Source: Sphagnum compactum
Lineage: Eukaryota
Length of the DNA stretch: 64,000 nucleotides
Direction: 5' to 3'
NCBI GenBank assembly: GCA_965153455.1
Contig: OZ234493.1
Coordinates: forward strand, 3,162,001-3,226,000
The notes beneath the pieces are model-generated. The model did no database searches. It worked only from the letters and a program-made list of their open reading frames with translations, and had not been told where the DNA came from. Numbering within the stretch: position 1 is the first letter of the stretch; each line of letters begins with the position of its first letter. The position numbers and the translations under genes were made by a program. Shown one piece after another: positions 14,753 through 28,899 of this stretch.

Positions 14753-17700
14753 CTTCCACTTCACACTACCTTGAAGGTAATTATGTATGTAAGTGGTTAA
14801 ATATCAGGGATTAAAAACACATTCATATATGGTGTTAGGGACGCACGCTAAGGTTGAGTCGCCTAACACCATGCTAGCCATTTAGGACTTAAAACCTAGT
14901 TACTCTACCATGACAATTTTATGTTAACCTAACATTCACTTAACATTAAGCTATGGCCCATTTAACATTGGGTGCCACCTAGGATGCCATCTAGATTTTC
15001 ATTTTCATTTTATTTTTATTTTTTATAAAAAATATTTAAAAATAAAATTAATTTTATAATAATAATAATAATACTAATACTAATACTAATATAGTTGAAA
15101 AATAGGTGATGTTAGAGTCCAGAAAATCCTAAGGTTGAAATCATTGCAAAAAAAGGGTATGAATCCAAACTCTAGGGTTTTACATTATTGCTTAGCACAC
15201 CTGACACAGCAGCAATGCTTCTCCCTTCTCACTGAACAATGTGGCCAGAAATCATCACTGTGAATCCTTCTGTCACCTCTCACTGTAATGTTCCACAACA
15301 GATCAAAAGAGAGAGAGAGAGAGAGAGAAGCCCATTGCCTGAAATCCTTAAACCCTAAACCCTAAAACTCAAATATATGCTCTGCCCAGAAAAAGAGAGT
15401 CTCTTTGCATCTTTGCAAAATTTCAGATGCATTTTTCTTTGGCTTTGAACTGGGAACCAATTTGTGAGACCAAATGGCTTTGAGACCAAATGGGTTGATT
15501 TTTCTTTCCCCTTTTTTTCAATCAAATTCATTTTGCATTCAAATTAGTTAACCATGTTTAAATACACACTTCCAATTCTCTTTTATGATTTTGTTTGAAT
15601 CAGTGTTTCTGGTTTTTCAAAATGTTGAAGTCCCAAAAGTGGTGAATTTTTGTGAAAAATCAAATTACTCCAAGTTTTTTTTTTTTTTTTTTTGGGCTCA
15701 GTTTTTGAAAATGAAAAACACTTGCAAAAAATAACAAAAAAATTGCTATCAAAAGTAAAATCACTAGTTAAACCTTTTTTTGGTTCTTTCTCTTTTTTTT
15801 TCTTTTTTCTGGTTGCAAATTTGTCCTCCCCATCTGACTTTAAATTATCCAAACCATTTTGTTGATTTCTCCAATTGAACCTACACACACAAGACCCAAC
15901 ATGTTTGCTGCTTTCAAAACTTGCCATCTACAAAAGAAATACACATTCATTCACAACTTGCCATATGTAAGGGTTGTTGTAAACATGATTGTTGTAAACT
16001 TGATGAAGAAGTTTAGGCTATTCTCACAAAGAATTCGGTGGAAAAGCGCTTCGTATCAAACATGTTAACAACTAACTTAACTTAACTCAAATACTTTACT
16101 CCAGAGTTAGTTAGTTGTATTGGGAAGTTTTCCAAAGAGATAATAGAGGGGTACCCTAACCCTAAACCCTAAACCAAGTAAGTGATGGAAGTTTAAAAGA
16201 TCCGAAGTGATATGTTTTGAGAGGTACCCAAGTGATGGAAGTCTAAAACATCTCAAGTGCTAATGGGTGAGGGGCACACGAAGGCGAGTGGTACCCAACC
16301 TCATGACTATCGAGTACTTGGGCTAGTTCAGCAGCAATGTGCCTAATAATTAATATTCCTTTTATTTTTAAAAAATTCATAGTAATGCAACATTTTACAC
16401 CAATTAGACAAAAAAAAAACATGCCAATTTGAGATTGAAAGGGGTGAACTTGGGTAGACTTTGTTTGAACTAGGAAAGAAATGGTAAGTAGCAAGTAGAG
16501 TTACCCTTAGGGGGTAGAGTATAGAATTGCACTAATTTAGTGGTAGAGGGTAGAGTGGGACAAATAGGTACTTTTGACCAAACAAAAAAGGGCCCAACTA
16601 TTGGGTGAAAGTAGTCCAAGAGGACAGGTTTGGTGGGTGGTGGGTTTAGGGTTTAGGGTTTAAAACCATGTTTAAAACCCTAAAACCCACCCACCACTTC
16701 CCTTGTTTTCTTTTTTCTTTTTCATTTTTTGTCTCCACTCTTTTCCTTACTTGCTCTACTTACTGCACACAATTGTGGTCACTTGCAATTGGAATTTCCT
16801 TCAATAATTAAATATCTTCTCATTTTTTGCTTTTCATCCAATATTAGATTTCTACAAATATCAATTAGTATTGATAATACTTATAGTATTAGCACTAGTA
16901 GTTATACTTATATACGTAATGAAGTGAAAGGGGAAAAAATCCAAGAAATTTTTTTTGAACAAAAGAACCTATAAATTAGGGTTTTTTCATGTTGAGCATC
17001 ATATTTTTTTTTGGATCATTTATAAGGATTCATGTTTTAGGGTCTATAGATTTACACAAATGGAAATTATGACATTAAATAATTTAATTGTAGCTATTTA
17101 CTAATATTAGTAATACTATCAATATTAATATCAGTAGTATTGATTGTACATATATATTATCAATGGGAAAAAATTGCCCAAAGCACAATCTTTGCAAAAA
17201 AAAGAAAAAGAAAAAAGAAAGTCCAAATTAGGGCTGCACATTGCACACCACTAGTGATGATTTTGTGTATTATCTATAAAGTTTATGTTTTAGGGTTTAT
17301 GTTGTTGGTGTGGGTACTTGTTTCATTTTTGAGGTGGCTTTGCAAGTTCCCTTTTGGGATTGAGCATTTAAGCCATTAGTAGTGGGTCTTCACAACTTTT
17401 GATATACATCTCATTATAGATCCATAAAATCACCATAAGTGGTAACAAGAATCCTCAATTTGGGTAAGATAGGGGACAGATAGCTTATTTGGGTAGGACT
17501 CAAAGACAAAGAAAAACATGAAAGAAAGGTACAAACTCATTTTTGCACTATTTGAAGCTAAATGTCAAAAGAGTTTGGGCCTCAATCTTTGTTTTCATGT
17601 GAAAGTCAATGCATTCACAAGAATGTGCAAGCCCAAGCTTGCTTGCTTCAAACCTAGCCAACATTGAACCAAATTTGTGCAAGAAACCTATGTGCATGAT

Positions 17701-20474
17701 GGTGTGGAGGTTCAAAAAAGTGGGAGACACTATGCAAGCATGTGATCACGGAAAAAATACATGAGTGATAAGTGAGTGTGTGCAAGTTTAATAAAATGTT
17801 GAAGCCAAGAAACTATTTGAAAAAACATGAAGGGAACATAATCATGAAAAAATATTCGTAACTGCACATGAATGTGATGGAGCACAAGATTTTTTGGAAT
17901 TCTAAAACCCAACGCAAATTATTTGTGCTTGTTTAGCATTGCAAAAGGAGTGGAGTTACAATATCTCATACTAAAAGATATTTTAGAAATGTGTTTCCAT
18001 GGTACAATGTACACAATTTGTTCAAATTAAAAGTACACATAATATCAGTTAGTACCACATAAATTTCACTCTTTTGAATTTAAAAAAAAATCAAATATAG
18101 TTGATTTGGGCTTTAAAAATGAGACAAGTTATATATGCTATGAATATAAAATTTATTCTATTTTTTAATGTAATTAGACATTAATAATTTTATAAAGGTT
18201 TCTAAAAACAACTTGTTTGACAATAGTTCATTTTTCATTAGTTTTAAGTTCCACTTTATTTTTATAGAATGATAAAGTTAACACTTAAACCAATTACATC
18301 TACGATTGGAAAACATTTTACAACTTAAAAAGATTGCGATCATCAACATTATCACAACATAACAATATATGATTAAATATTTGTTTATCATCTAATTTGA
18401 ACATCGTGACTTTAAACCAAATTGAAAATTTTCATGAAAAGAATTGTTCATTATGGTTGTCTTTTTTAGTATAAATTTTTTTGATAAAAAAAATCTTATT
18501 AAAATTATTATTTCTTACTCCTTTTGTTAGATTATTATCTTTTGTTAGTCCTTTCGATCGTCGATTAAAAATACATTTTTATCTTGCACGGGTTTATAAC
18601 AACACCATCTTAACATCAATGTTATGTCATATGTCATCTAAGGTTTAACGTTAGTTAACATGTTACATGTGGATTGATGTTTAATTTTTAACATTCTTAA
18701 TGCTAGAAAATTTTCCTCAAAGTCTCAGTTGGTAAATGGAATCATGGGAATCATTATAGTAAGAACATAGCCATATTTAAATTAGCCAATTAATTTTTTA
18801 AAAATTTAATTAGTCAGATCAAGTAGACAACAACATGTGCAAGAGGCAACTTGGCCTTTGTCTACTACAATACTCACCACCCACCTTCCAAGTTGTGTTC
18901 TGTTGGTTCTTTTTGTAGTTGGTTAGTTGCGAGTTTTTGTAGTATGGGATATTGGTGGGAGGCATGGGTGTGAGCCCTTTGGCCAAATAATTTGAGTTCT
19001 TTTCTTCCTTTGTCCAAACTTTGTTGGTCACACATTAAATTTGTGGATAAAAGCATGAAATTCCATTACCCAAAATGTGTTTTTTTAAATAAAAAATTGC
19101 ATGAAATGGCAAGAAAATATGGTACCAGGATTTCATGTGAAACTAGCCTAGGGTAGCTTATGTTGTTGGCTCAAATGTGAAATGGTTACCAAACTAATTT
19201 TTCCTTCCAAAAACATTTTTTTTGTTATTTAATTGAATTTTCAAGAACAATAACTATTCAAAATTCAATGTCTCACACATCTCAGGTCTAGAAGTTTCCA
19301 AATCACCTTCATTAAATCCTACCCATCAAGGCTTTTCCAATCATACCAAGAGCATGCCCAAAAATTCCCAAATAAATTTAAGTTTTGATTTAAATGAATT
19401 TTCAATGAATTTTTTTCTCAATATTCAATAGTTTTTTCTCTATAGGTTGAAAATTGTGTCACCAACATGGTGCACCCTTGCTCATCAAGTGCTTTCCAAT
19501 GGTACCAAAAGGTGCCATGGTTTGGGAGATCTCAACAAAACAAACAAACAATTGGCTTTCATAGATAGATTTTTGCAAACCTACCAATAAATATAGACAC
19601 AAGTATTTGCACACACTTGTTAGTCTACAACACAATAAAATGTCATATACACACAACATTTGTCTTTTAAGTCTCTTAACTCATTTTGGAAAACTTGATC
19701 CACCATATGTCTTTTCAACATTTGGTGCTCCCCCTCTTTTCAACATATGGTGTTTTTCTTTGTTCCTCCTTTTCCCGATGCGTTGTACATTGAAATAATT
19801 GGTGTTTTTCTATTTAAAAAAATTGTGGTTTTTTCTCATTGGGAAATGTGTAAGTTTGACAAATTCTGTTTTTTTTTTTGTGAAATTTTACAAATTTTTG
19901 ATATCACAAATCTGAAAAAACACTTTGATAGTAATAATAGAATTATTATAAGTACATATTAATTTAATTGAGGTCATCATCATCATTATTAAATATTATT
20001 ATTATTGTTATCAATGCCAACTTCAGGTGCAAAAAAGACTTGATTTCCAAATCATCAACAAATACTTATGTTAGAACCCCTATTTATTACTAAATTTTAT
20101 TTACCAATGCATATCACCTAATGAATACAAGACAAGTGAATGCCAACAACAAAAACCATGGATAGGTATTTCAAAATACTCTCACCTTTTTAAAAAAAAA
20201 TTGTTCCTCAAACTAACAAAAACAAAAAATGAAGAAGGAGTGTTTCCTTAGTGTTTTTTATTTAAATTAAAATTTATATGTGTCAAGACAAGCTCAAGAT
20301 TTTTAAGTAGTTGGAGGGTGCTTTATTGTCATGATCATTCCTTTGCAATTTGCAAAGGCAAGGCATTATGTTTTTTGGAACTGCCCACCCTTAGTTTAAA
20401 ATATTTTTCGTCATACCCATTAGGTATCACATGAAAAAATCAAAAATATATATATTTTTTGAACATGTCTTTAC

Positions 20475-23132
20475 TAATGTTGGGCATGTATCAAAAATTG
20501 ACTTGAGTATCATCCAAGTATTAGTACTAGAGCACCATAAGGTATCATGTTTGATATCCTAATTGTCAATTCTCTTTTGTGTGAAAATCAGCTTTGAGAA
20601 TCAAATTTGGCCCATAACATTTGAAAATGGTGAAACCTTACTAGGGTAAAAATCTTTACCCAAGTTAGGGTATCATGATAAGTTTTCAGCAAGATAGGGA
20701 TTTTTTTATTTTTAGAAGTATTCATAGTTATGGTGAGAAAGTGTTGGTGGCATCACTTGCAAACAACCCTTTTTGTGAAAAATAAAAGGCCCAATTTAGT
20801 TATCCTTATGATTTCATAAACATTTTTATGGTTTTGTTGTTGAAATTTAAGATTTGAGACTTGAGACATTGAGACAAGTTTTGTGTTTTATTGTTGTGTA
20901 GTTTTGTTGTTTATTATTTTGTAAAAAAAATTGCTACTTATTTATGTGTAGGAACGTTAAGTATTTTATTACAACATTTGTACATTTAAACCTTTTGCAT
21001 ACCTCATACGCACCAAACTTCATTTTTTTGCATTATGATGAAAAAGAAAAGTGATTGGGATTTTCAATTGATTTTTTGAACCCTAGACTGTAAACCCCTT
21101 ATTTATTTCTTAGGTTGGTGGAGAAAATTAATCAATTTTATGTTTTTCTAGCATTTGCATAATGTCATCAACTTTGATATCTAGATGTCCAAAGGGGCAC
21201 ATGATATGTTTGCTTTAGTCATTAGCTTTTTGAGAACTAATTAGCAGCCAAAACATGTCACTATTCAATATTGGCTTGTTTGAAGGTACATAAATTACAT
21301 GACAAGCCTTGGTTCAAAGTTTGACAAAATTGTTGGAGAAATATGGCCTAAAGAAAAAAATTCATTACTTATGTTAAGAATGAAGGGTTGAACTTCAATG
21401 CAACAACCAATGCATTAAAATCAATTGTGAGTTTTGAATATCTTGATTTGGATCAAAAATTTTAGGGAATTTATTTTGTTCGTGGTTTTTTCAAACCATG
21501 TAAGTATTGCACATCAAATGAAAAAGTGTGAATTTTTAAAAAATATGTGTATATTAAATTTGCATAAGTAAATTTGCAAAAATGCATTACTTGGTCCAAA
21601 AAAAATCTAGGAAAGGAAATTAAAAGTGGAACAAAGCTTCTGTTGAAGTCAATATTCACCCAAGAAATTGAATATCCCAATGAAACAAGGTATGGATTTT
21701 TTTAATTTTAAACAATCTATTAACTTCACAACTTTTCTTTTTGAAACACTAAATTAATTCAGTTATTATTGTTTTATAGGTTTGTTAACAAAATAATCAT
21801 GTTTTCAAATGCACTAAAAATTTGGGCAACTATTGTGGTATGTTATAGTAAACAAATTGATGTGAAGGTTGTTGGTTGCGTCACCTCCTCTAATGTGGCA
21901 CCTCTTTCAAATTATTATGGATTGTTTTTCTCCCATTGTGTTCTAAACCAACCTTGTTGACAGTAGTTGCTTAGTGATGCATTACATTATGCAATTTATA
22001 AGGAAAAACATGAAGTTTGTGCCTTCTTTTGATAACTTACTTGAATATGATTTAGGTGTTGTTGATGAGTTGGTTTTACTAGCTTCTAAGATTAGGCAAG
22101 AAGTTTGTGGAGTATGAGATTCTTTCCTTTCATTTTCAAGGAAATAAATTTTTAAAAAAACTCATAACATGCTTTCCTTGATGTTAAACCCTAGGTTTAA
22201 AAACATTTGTATAATATTTTCATTTGTAAGAAGAGAACAAGGTGTTATTGTTATTTAGGAATACAAAATGAAGTTTTTTTTGTATCCTATGTTAATGAAA
22301 TGTCATTAACAGTTGCATCCATGAGTAAAGTTTGAAATGAGTCTTGCTAATCAAAATAATTTTTTATCAAGATTGCAATTTGGATATTTTTGAGCATATT
22401 GCAAGTACAAGTGAACAAACAAAAGAGCTTGTCAACAAGTAGCTATTGATTTTTAAACAATACCAAGTGAATGTGAAAGACATTAAATATCCATTTCAAC
22501 AGTGGGAGAAACATGAATTGGTGTTGCTTACCATTTGGTTTCCTTGCTTGTCAGATCTTAAGCATCATTGGATCACATTTTTTTCTGTAGCTAGAATACT
22601 TATTAATCTTAGGAGATGTCATTTACAAACTCAAAATTTAAAGTTGTTGATATTTATGAGCAAAATTGGCTTAATGATCTTAGGATAAGTTGTAAATCCC
22701 CATTTAAGTTAGTAAAATTCATTAAAATAAATGGAGATTAAAAAAAGAAGTTAGAGGAATTTTTAAGTGCTTTTGAGAAAAATGAAGTTGTTGAAACAAC
22801 AAAAATATTAAAAAAAAATTGTTGGCACGATGTCAATTTCATCAATTTCGAGAAAAAAAAACATTGATTACAATTTTATGATTGTAATTTTTTTTGTCAT
22901 AACCAATTTGTGAAAATTGCCTAGGTATAGTCAATTGTTTTCAAATTTAATGAGAATCAAAACTTTGAAAACCAACCTAATAAAACAAATAAAATATTCA
23001 TATATTCCTACCCAGATGTTTAAAACAATAAAAAAAATTATTTTATAAAAAAAATTGCATCCTTTCCAAAATCCTTCAAGAAAATTTGATCCGAAAATCT
23101 TTCTTAAGAAGACGTGAGAACCGCCCAACATT
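20475..23132 (+). mobile_element. Degenerate hAT DNA transposon with TIR remnants
   Basis: Transposase remnants MLSLMLNPRFK (~22169) and an hATC dimerisation-like segment (QWEKHE...RILINLRRCHLQTQNLKLLIF, 22446-22688). Ends taatgttgggca (20475) and ccgcccaacatt (23121-23132) are inverted partners. Confidence 0.75.
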
Positions 23133-23926
23133 CAATAAAGCCATGGACAATGGGCTTTACTAGATTTGAGCCTACACCAAGCTCCTCCACTTCCCCAATC
23201 CCAAACCCTCCTTTCCCACCTAAGAACCATAAAAACATCCTTTAGAAACCCTCTCTATAAACCAAAAATGAACACTTTTTTTGAAGTGTAAAAATTTGTT
23301 AAACATCCCTTTTCTTTCTTTTTTTCTTTTTTTTTTTTCTTTTTTGGGGTAGTCTACTTGAACCAAGTAAAAGAAATCTGGCGACTTTTCTTAAATTGGG
23401 GTTTAAAAAAAAATGGCTATTGATAATCTCAAACCACTCTTTGATTTTAGCACTTTTAATATTTAAGATCGCTTTTTGGCTATTTATAAAGAGCTGGGAT
23501 TCGAGTGCCAGTGAGAGAAGAGGTTCGCTAGCGTCGTGACTCGTGACGGGCGCAGGGCGTTGATCGAAGAGCTTCCTTCTTCCTATCTTCTTGCAGCAAC
23601 GATCTGGCTCAGAAGAATTCGTCAGGGCAAGAAGAGCAGCTGCAGCTGAAGTGCACAAATGCGCAATCAGGAATCATCAGCTACAGTTGCTACAAGTTTT
23701 TGTTCAGAATCTTACATGCTGCACTCCGTGTTTGTGGCAATCTATGTATGCCGCAGATAGAGAGATCCAGAGAGTCATCATCATCAGCAGCTGCTTAATT
23801 GGTCTGCTGCTGGAGTTTTGTTTTGATCACTTGCCAACATTTTTTGTAGCTCGATCCCTGGATTTTTGCTCCATCTGCAGTGCATTGCAGATTGTTGTTG
23901 ACATTTGAGTTGCATTCTCTGTTGGG

Positions 23927-23929
<3 letters not shown>

Positions 23930-23975
<46 letters not shown>

Positions 23976-23991
23976 TGTGTGTGTGTGTGTG
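23930..23991 (+). repeat. Compound (GA)n(GT)n microsatellite upstream of the EXORDIUM-like ATG
   Basis: Directly visible in the sequence. Confidence 0.95.
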
Positions 23992-24079
23992 TTTGTTGTG
24001 TGTGGGTTTTTTGTGGTGTGTTGCTCTCAAGTTTTGTGGGAGTTTTTTCTACTTGTGGGGTTGGTGTGAGTACCGGTAC

Positions 24080-25474
24080 ATGGCCCAGCAGCTGGAAAGA
24101 AGTGCATCTTTGAGTTTGCGGGAAGGGATGGCGGCGGTGCAAAGGACAAACTCCGGAACTCATGTGAAGGAAAACGGGCAGGTGGCCCCCGGCATGAATC
24201 TGCTGCAGAGGACCAGCTCGATGTTGAAGGGGAGTCTGCCGGACGCGCAGTTGCCAGCTAGTCCACAGCTGAAGTCGTTGCCGTCCATGTCTTTGAAGGA
24301 TCATCAAGCGGCTGGGGCAGCTGCAGCGATACGGAACCGTAACATTGTGATCGGGGTGTTGTCTACTTTCCTGTTCCTGGCTGTGGTTTCTTGGCCATGG
24401 CATGGAAGTGTGCAGGTGGGTCTGTCGACGTTTGCTGAACATCAAGCTGCTGCTGCTGCAGGTAGCTCTCATGATGCAGTTTTCCAAAGCAAATGGAGTA
24501 ATGCTGTATCCCGAGTACTCCCGTATGATGGTCAACTGGAGACGGTATCCAAGAAGAAGTTGGGGAGTAGCAAATTTCTCGTCACGCCGGAGCCATTGCT
24601 TCTACCTTACCACCAAGGTCCGGTGCTCACGGGGGATAAGAACGGCGTGCTCAAGCTCTACTTGATCTACTACGGTGTCTTCAGCCCTAGTCAGCAAGCT
24701 ACGTTGAATGACTTCTTGGAGTCTTTCACTGCTGGAAGCACAGCTGCGGCTCCTTCTGTTGCCGGCTGGTGGGCCATCACCAAAGGTTTCAAGGATTCCG
24801 CTAATGAAACAGTTGCGCAAACCATTGTTGCAGGAGCACCGGCGCATACAGACGCCGCGTACAGCAAGGGGAAGTCGCTACAGTACGCCGACATTGAAGT
24901 TCTTGTCACTGGTGCGATTGCCGCTGGTTTTCTTCCTCTGGACGCATCCGGGTTGTACGTGGTGCTTACAGCTGCGGATGTTGTTGTGCAAGGCTTCTGT
25001 AGCTTGGAATGCGGGACACATTTATACACCATCCCTACAAAAGCTACCCAGAATCATGCTCTTCCGTATGCATGGGTCGGCAACGCCGTGGACCAATGTC
25101 CCGGTTTCTGCGACTGGCCTTACGCCACAGCTGCTCCCGGCACTGGACCCGATACTCCTGCACTGAAGCCACCCAATGACGACGTTGGAATCGACGGATT
25201 GATCATCACCCTAGCTTCTCTCATTGCCGGATCTGCAACCAATCCTTTTGCCAATGCCTACTTCCAAGGAGATGCCGCTGAGCCGCTAGAAATCGCAGGC
25301 GTTTGCGAAGGCATCTACGGCGCGGCTGCATACCCAGGAAATCCTGCCACTCTCTTGACCGATCCCAAGCCTGGAGCTAGCTTCAACGCTTTCGGTGCTA
25401 ATGGCCGCCAGTTTCTTCTTCCTTGGATCTTCAACCCTGCAACAAAACAGTGTGCAGGGCAGCTCAAACCCTAA
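24080..25474 (+). CDS. EXORDIUM / phosphate-induced protein 1 (PHI-1) family protein, 464 aa, intronless
   Basis: Family motifs LPYHQGPVL, LYLIYYG, PSVAGWW, LYVVLTAADV.VQGFC..CGTH, YAWVGNA..QCPG.C.WPY, PPNDDVGIDG, ATNPF.NAYFQG..EPLE...C.GIYG, NGRQFLLPWIFNP. The ATG at 24080 is chosen over the GTG in the microsatellite. Confidence 0.93.
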   Translation: MAQQLERSASLSLREGMAAVQRTNSGTHVKENGQVAPGMNLLQRTSSMLKGSLPDAQLPASPQLKSLPSMSLKDHQAAGAAAAIRNRNIVIGVLSTFLFLAVVSWPWHGSVQVGLSTFAEHQAAAAAGSSHDAVFQSKWSNAVSRVLPYDGQLETVSKKKLGSSKFLVTPEPLLLPYHQGPVLTGDKNGVLKLYLIYYGVFSPSQQATLNDFLESFTAGSTAAAPSVAGWWAITKGFKDSANETVAQTIVAGAPAHTDAAYSKGKSLQYADIEVLVTGAIAAGFLPLDASGLYVVLTAADVVVQGFCSLECGTHLYTIPTKATQNHALPYAWVGNAVDQCPGFCDWPYATAAPGTGPDTPALKPPNDDVGIDGLIITLASLIAGSATNPFANAYFQGDAAEPLEIAGVCEGIYGAAAYPGNPATLLTDPKPGASFNAFGANGRQFLLPWIFNPATKQCAGQLKP

Positions 25475-27399
25475 CCCTGAAACCGAAAAAGCCCTAAAAA
25501 AGCAAAAGTCCTGAATCCCAATTGTTTGCCTAATTGCTGCACATGATGCATCTGAGCTGCTGCTAGCTGCTGAGATCGATACTGTTCTCGCAAACTGTAA
25601 TGGTGGCCGATGTCATGTTGGGCTCTGCAAGTGGGTTCTTTTGTTTCTACCTTTAGTACTGGATCGTCTAGCTCCATTTGTGTATCTCATGATGGGTGAA
25701 GAACCTGCCGAGATACGGTTCTGGATGCAGCTTTTTGATTCCACAACTCTAGTATTCTTCTTCTAGGATATGCATATTTGTTAAGCTTTCCATAATTGAC
25801 AGGCGTAGAAAGAAGTGGAAATTTTTAATCTGGACTCTACTGTACCTTCAATCGTCTCGGAGACATAATTGTCGTTTCTCTGTTGATTCTTCACCAATAC
25901 ATGAACAAAGTCGACTGGGCTATGTTGATCGAGATTCATATTGAACTAATTAGCTGTAGCTCGATCTCTATCGACCCATCGGAAGTTCTCTCTCTCTCTC
26001 TCTCTACATATATATCTATTGCACGACGGCTTGTCGAGATATTTAGATACCGATGTTGTGCTGGCTGGATTGTTAGCACTCTGGGTTCTGTTAGCAAAAT
26101 TAGCGGAGATCTAGAAATCTAGAGATCATGGATCAGGAGGATCATGGTTCAGCTCTGGTTGTTGGGTGAAGAAGATCCATTTGAAAACAACTAGAAGCAG
26201 CTGCAATATGTGCAACTGATCTGGTTGTTGGGTGATTAAGATGTGAGAACAATTAGAGATTGAAAGTGAAAGAAAGCAACATCTGCCACTCCTGGTTCAT
26301 TGAGGTTTTGTTTTGGTTTGTTTTGTTTTTTCCTCCTAAAGATTTGTATATGCCAGCTTCTGCTTCTTCATATTATATGAGGAAGGTAAAGCTCAGGGGC
26401 AAGTGCATTACTGAAATCTGAAGGGCTCTAGGGCCCAAGTCAGCAGCTGAGCTCTGCCCAATTTTGGTATTGCCCTTGCCCCTGTGCTTTACTGAGCTTT
26501 AAAGAGCAACATTGGGGGTGGGAGCAAGGGGAGGGCTTTTTCCTCTCGTTCCCAATGTGTTCACTCACATGTGGATCCCTAAGTTCCCAAGTTGTTCCCA
26601 ATAGCACCCCAGATTTATCCCATATGGTTTGCCCAAAGTTCAACTCTTGTATATGGGGGAGTGGCCAATGTTCCAAAGAAATTGATGATGAGCCAATCAT
26701 CATGGCTCCTTAAAAAAAACTAAAGAAAAAAGAAGTTGTGAACTAATAATATGAGTAACACTATGCTACTGAAGTACATTTTCAGGCTCTCACTAGGGTA
26801 GAGAGGCCGGTCATAGTACACTTAAGGTAGGATTTCTTACTGTTTTTGCAGGAGGGCCCCATCGTTTAGGGTATCCCAAGAGTAGATGGAGCCATCCTCT
26901 TTGCACATCTATCACACTAAAAATCAGCAATCATGGATTAGAGGCGAGAAAGTTATAGTCCCTCAAAGTAAGGGGGTCGTTTTTATAGAAAGTTCTCTAT
27001 CAAATGAGTAATAGCCTATTTCTAAACCCCTCAAAAAATCCTTAAATATTACTTTGTTGCCTTTAGAGTGACAAGATCACTTGTAGAGTTTAAGATGGCA
27101 ATTTCAGAGCAGTTTAAATCACTCAATTTGAAATCACTCATAAATGAGAAAGTTATGCTTTGGGCTACTCTGTGATGGGTTTAGGTCCTAGGTTACTTGA
27201 TTTCTCCACTTAGGGCTCCCCATTGTGTGGATTGGTGCTTTGGGGTGTTGTCTTTTGTTTGAACTTCAATCCTTTTCTTTCTTCTTCTCGTGTTCCTTTG
27301 CTGGGTTGGTGTTTTTCCTTTACTTATTTATTTATTTTCAGGTTCAACATTCAAATGTTGAACTATGGAGGTCGGAGGTGGCCAAACTAAGGCAAGAAT

Positions 27400-27645
27400 C
27401 TTAAATTTCTTCTACTTTCCTCTCTAACATGTAGCCAAATTTGGCTAATTCTTCTGGTGTACATTAAATTTCGACAAATTCATTGTATATAGCCAAACAC
27501 ATAGAAGGATAATTAAAGATTGGTACTTTATTTCTGATTTATAGCCAGATTTTGGCTAATTCTTCCAAAGGATAATCACCACTTTTTCTACGTTTTTTTC
27601 CATTGAATAATTGCCACTTTACCTACAAACACAAATTCCTTTAAA
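27400..27645 (+). repeat. Second copy of the 3350-3670 dispersed repeat
   Basis: Block-wise similarity to 3490-3670. Related tagccaga/ttggctac motifs also occur at 44765-45030. Confidence 0.65.
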
Positions 27646-28212
27646 TATATAATCATGCTCTCAATTTTTTTTAAACTTGAAAACATCAAATAACTGCCTG
27701 AAAGTTGCTGATTCTCTGATGCAGCCCGGCGGTTCTATGAGATTTTTTTTTGAAATAACCAGAATTGGTGGTTCTTTGATTCTTATCTTTTGAATACCTG
27801 GAACCCGATGGTTCTCTGAGTCTGAAACATTCTTTAAAAACTGGAATTGATGGGTATCAGTAAAATCAAATACCCACCCAACCCATCTTTGGGCATTTTC
27901 TGGCATGCATTATGTCTAATGTGTTGCACTGATGATGAAGTCTTAAGAATCTTGCGCAATGTAGCTCAAAGTTTTATGAAGATGAAAAAATAATGAGAAA
28001 ACATTTTATCACGACGAGCAATCTTTGTGTCACAGACTTTTTAGCCCAAAAGCTTCTAAAGACAAATGAGAAATAGTAATAATTTCTCTGCAAATGTCTT
28101 GCAAGACTTCATTGTGATCCAGTACGAAATAGTGGCCATAATACATTGTCATGTCTGAAATCACTATTAAGAAAAGCATTTTTGCACTACCCATCTATCT
28201 ATTGCACACTCG

Positions 28213-28324
28213 CACACAATTGATTCATAGCACATGTTCAAACTTGTAACACACTATCGATTCATAGCACATGTTCACACTTGCAACACACAATCAATTC
28301 ATAGCACATGTTCAAACTTGCAAA
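28213..28324 (+). repeat. Tandem repeat, ~3 copies of ~40 bp
   Basis: cacaattgattcatagcacatgttcaaacttg repeated with few changes. Confidence 0.85.
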
Positions 28325-28899
28325 ATGTTTTAGTTGCGCATGTTCAATATGTTTTCTTTATTGGGAAATTTAGAATAGAAGATTCATGTTCTCCACTTCT
28401 TTAGCCTACCAGGATTAGAATAACACATGATGATTGTTCTCAAAATGAACATGAATGTTTTGTGAGGTTTTCTTGATGCACAAAAGGGGAGAGCTACACA
28501 AACTGTAGCTCTCACCTTAAGGTTTGACAACTGAAAACAGTTGAGGTAAAACTGCAAGCAAGTCTTTATTCCAAGAAAGAGGCCCAGGACATGGGCTGAA
28601 GCAATGTTGTGCATGTAAGTCTAAATGGACATGTAAACCATGGTGTGTAACTGTGTATAATCACAACTTTTTCTACTTAATTTCATGCCATGAAGTTTTT
28701 GGATATTACGGTTGCATTTGTACATCATGACTGTATATGTTCTGAAATACACTTGCAGAATCTTGTGTAATTAATTTCTGGGGAATGTAAAGTTGTGTAT
28801 GTGTAAATTGATGTCAACAAAGAAGAAAAAGATAAATAAGGCAAATGACAAGTAGGAGGACACGAGGAGAGAAAAGGGGGTTATGTACAAAAGAAAGAT

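Noticed and set aside
17450-18000. Possible Mutator/FAR1 remnant (EHNH-like motif)
   Set aside because: Only one short motif among many stops; the family cannot be supported.
23975-24079. N-terminal extension MCVCVC... of the 499-aa ORF
   Set aside because: It starts at a GTG inside the (GT)n microsatellite; the ATG at 24080 is more plausible.
23795-24535. 246-aa minus-strand ORF
   Set aside because: Antisense shadow of the EXORDIUM CDS running into a microsatellite; no domain is recognisable.
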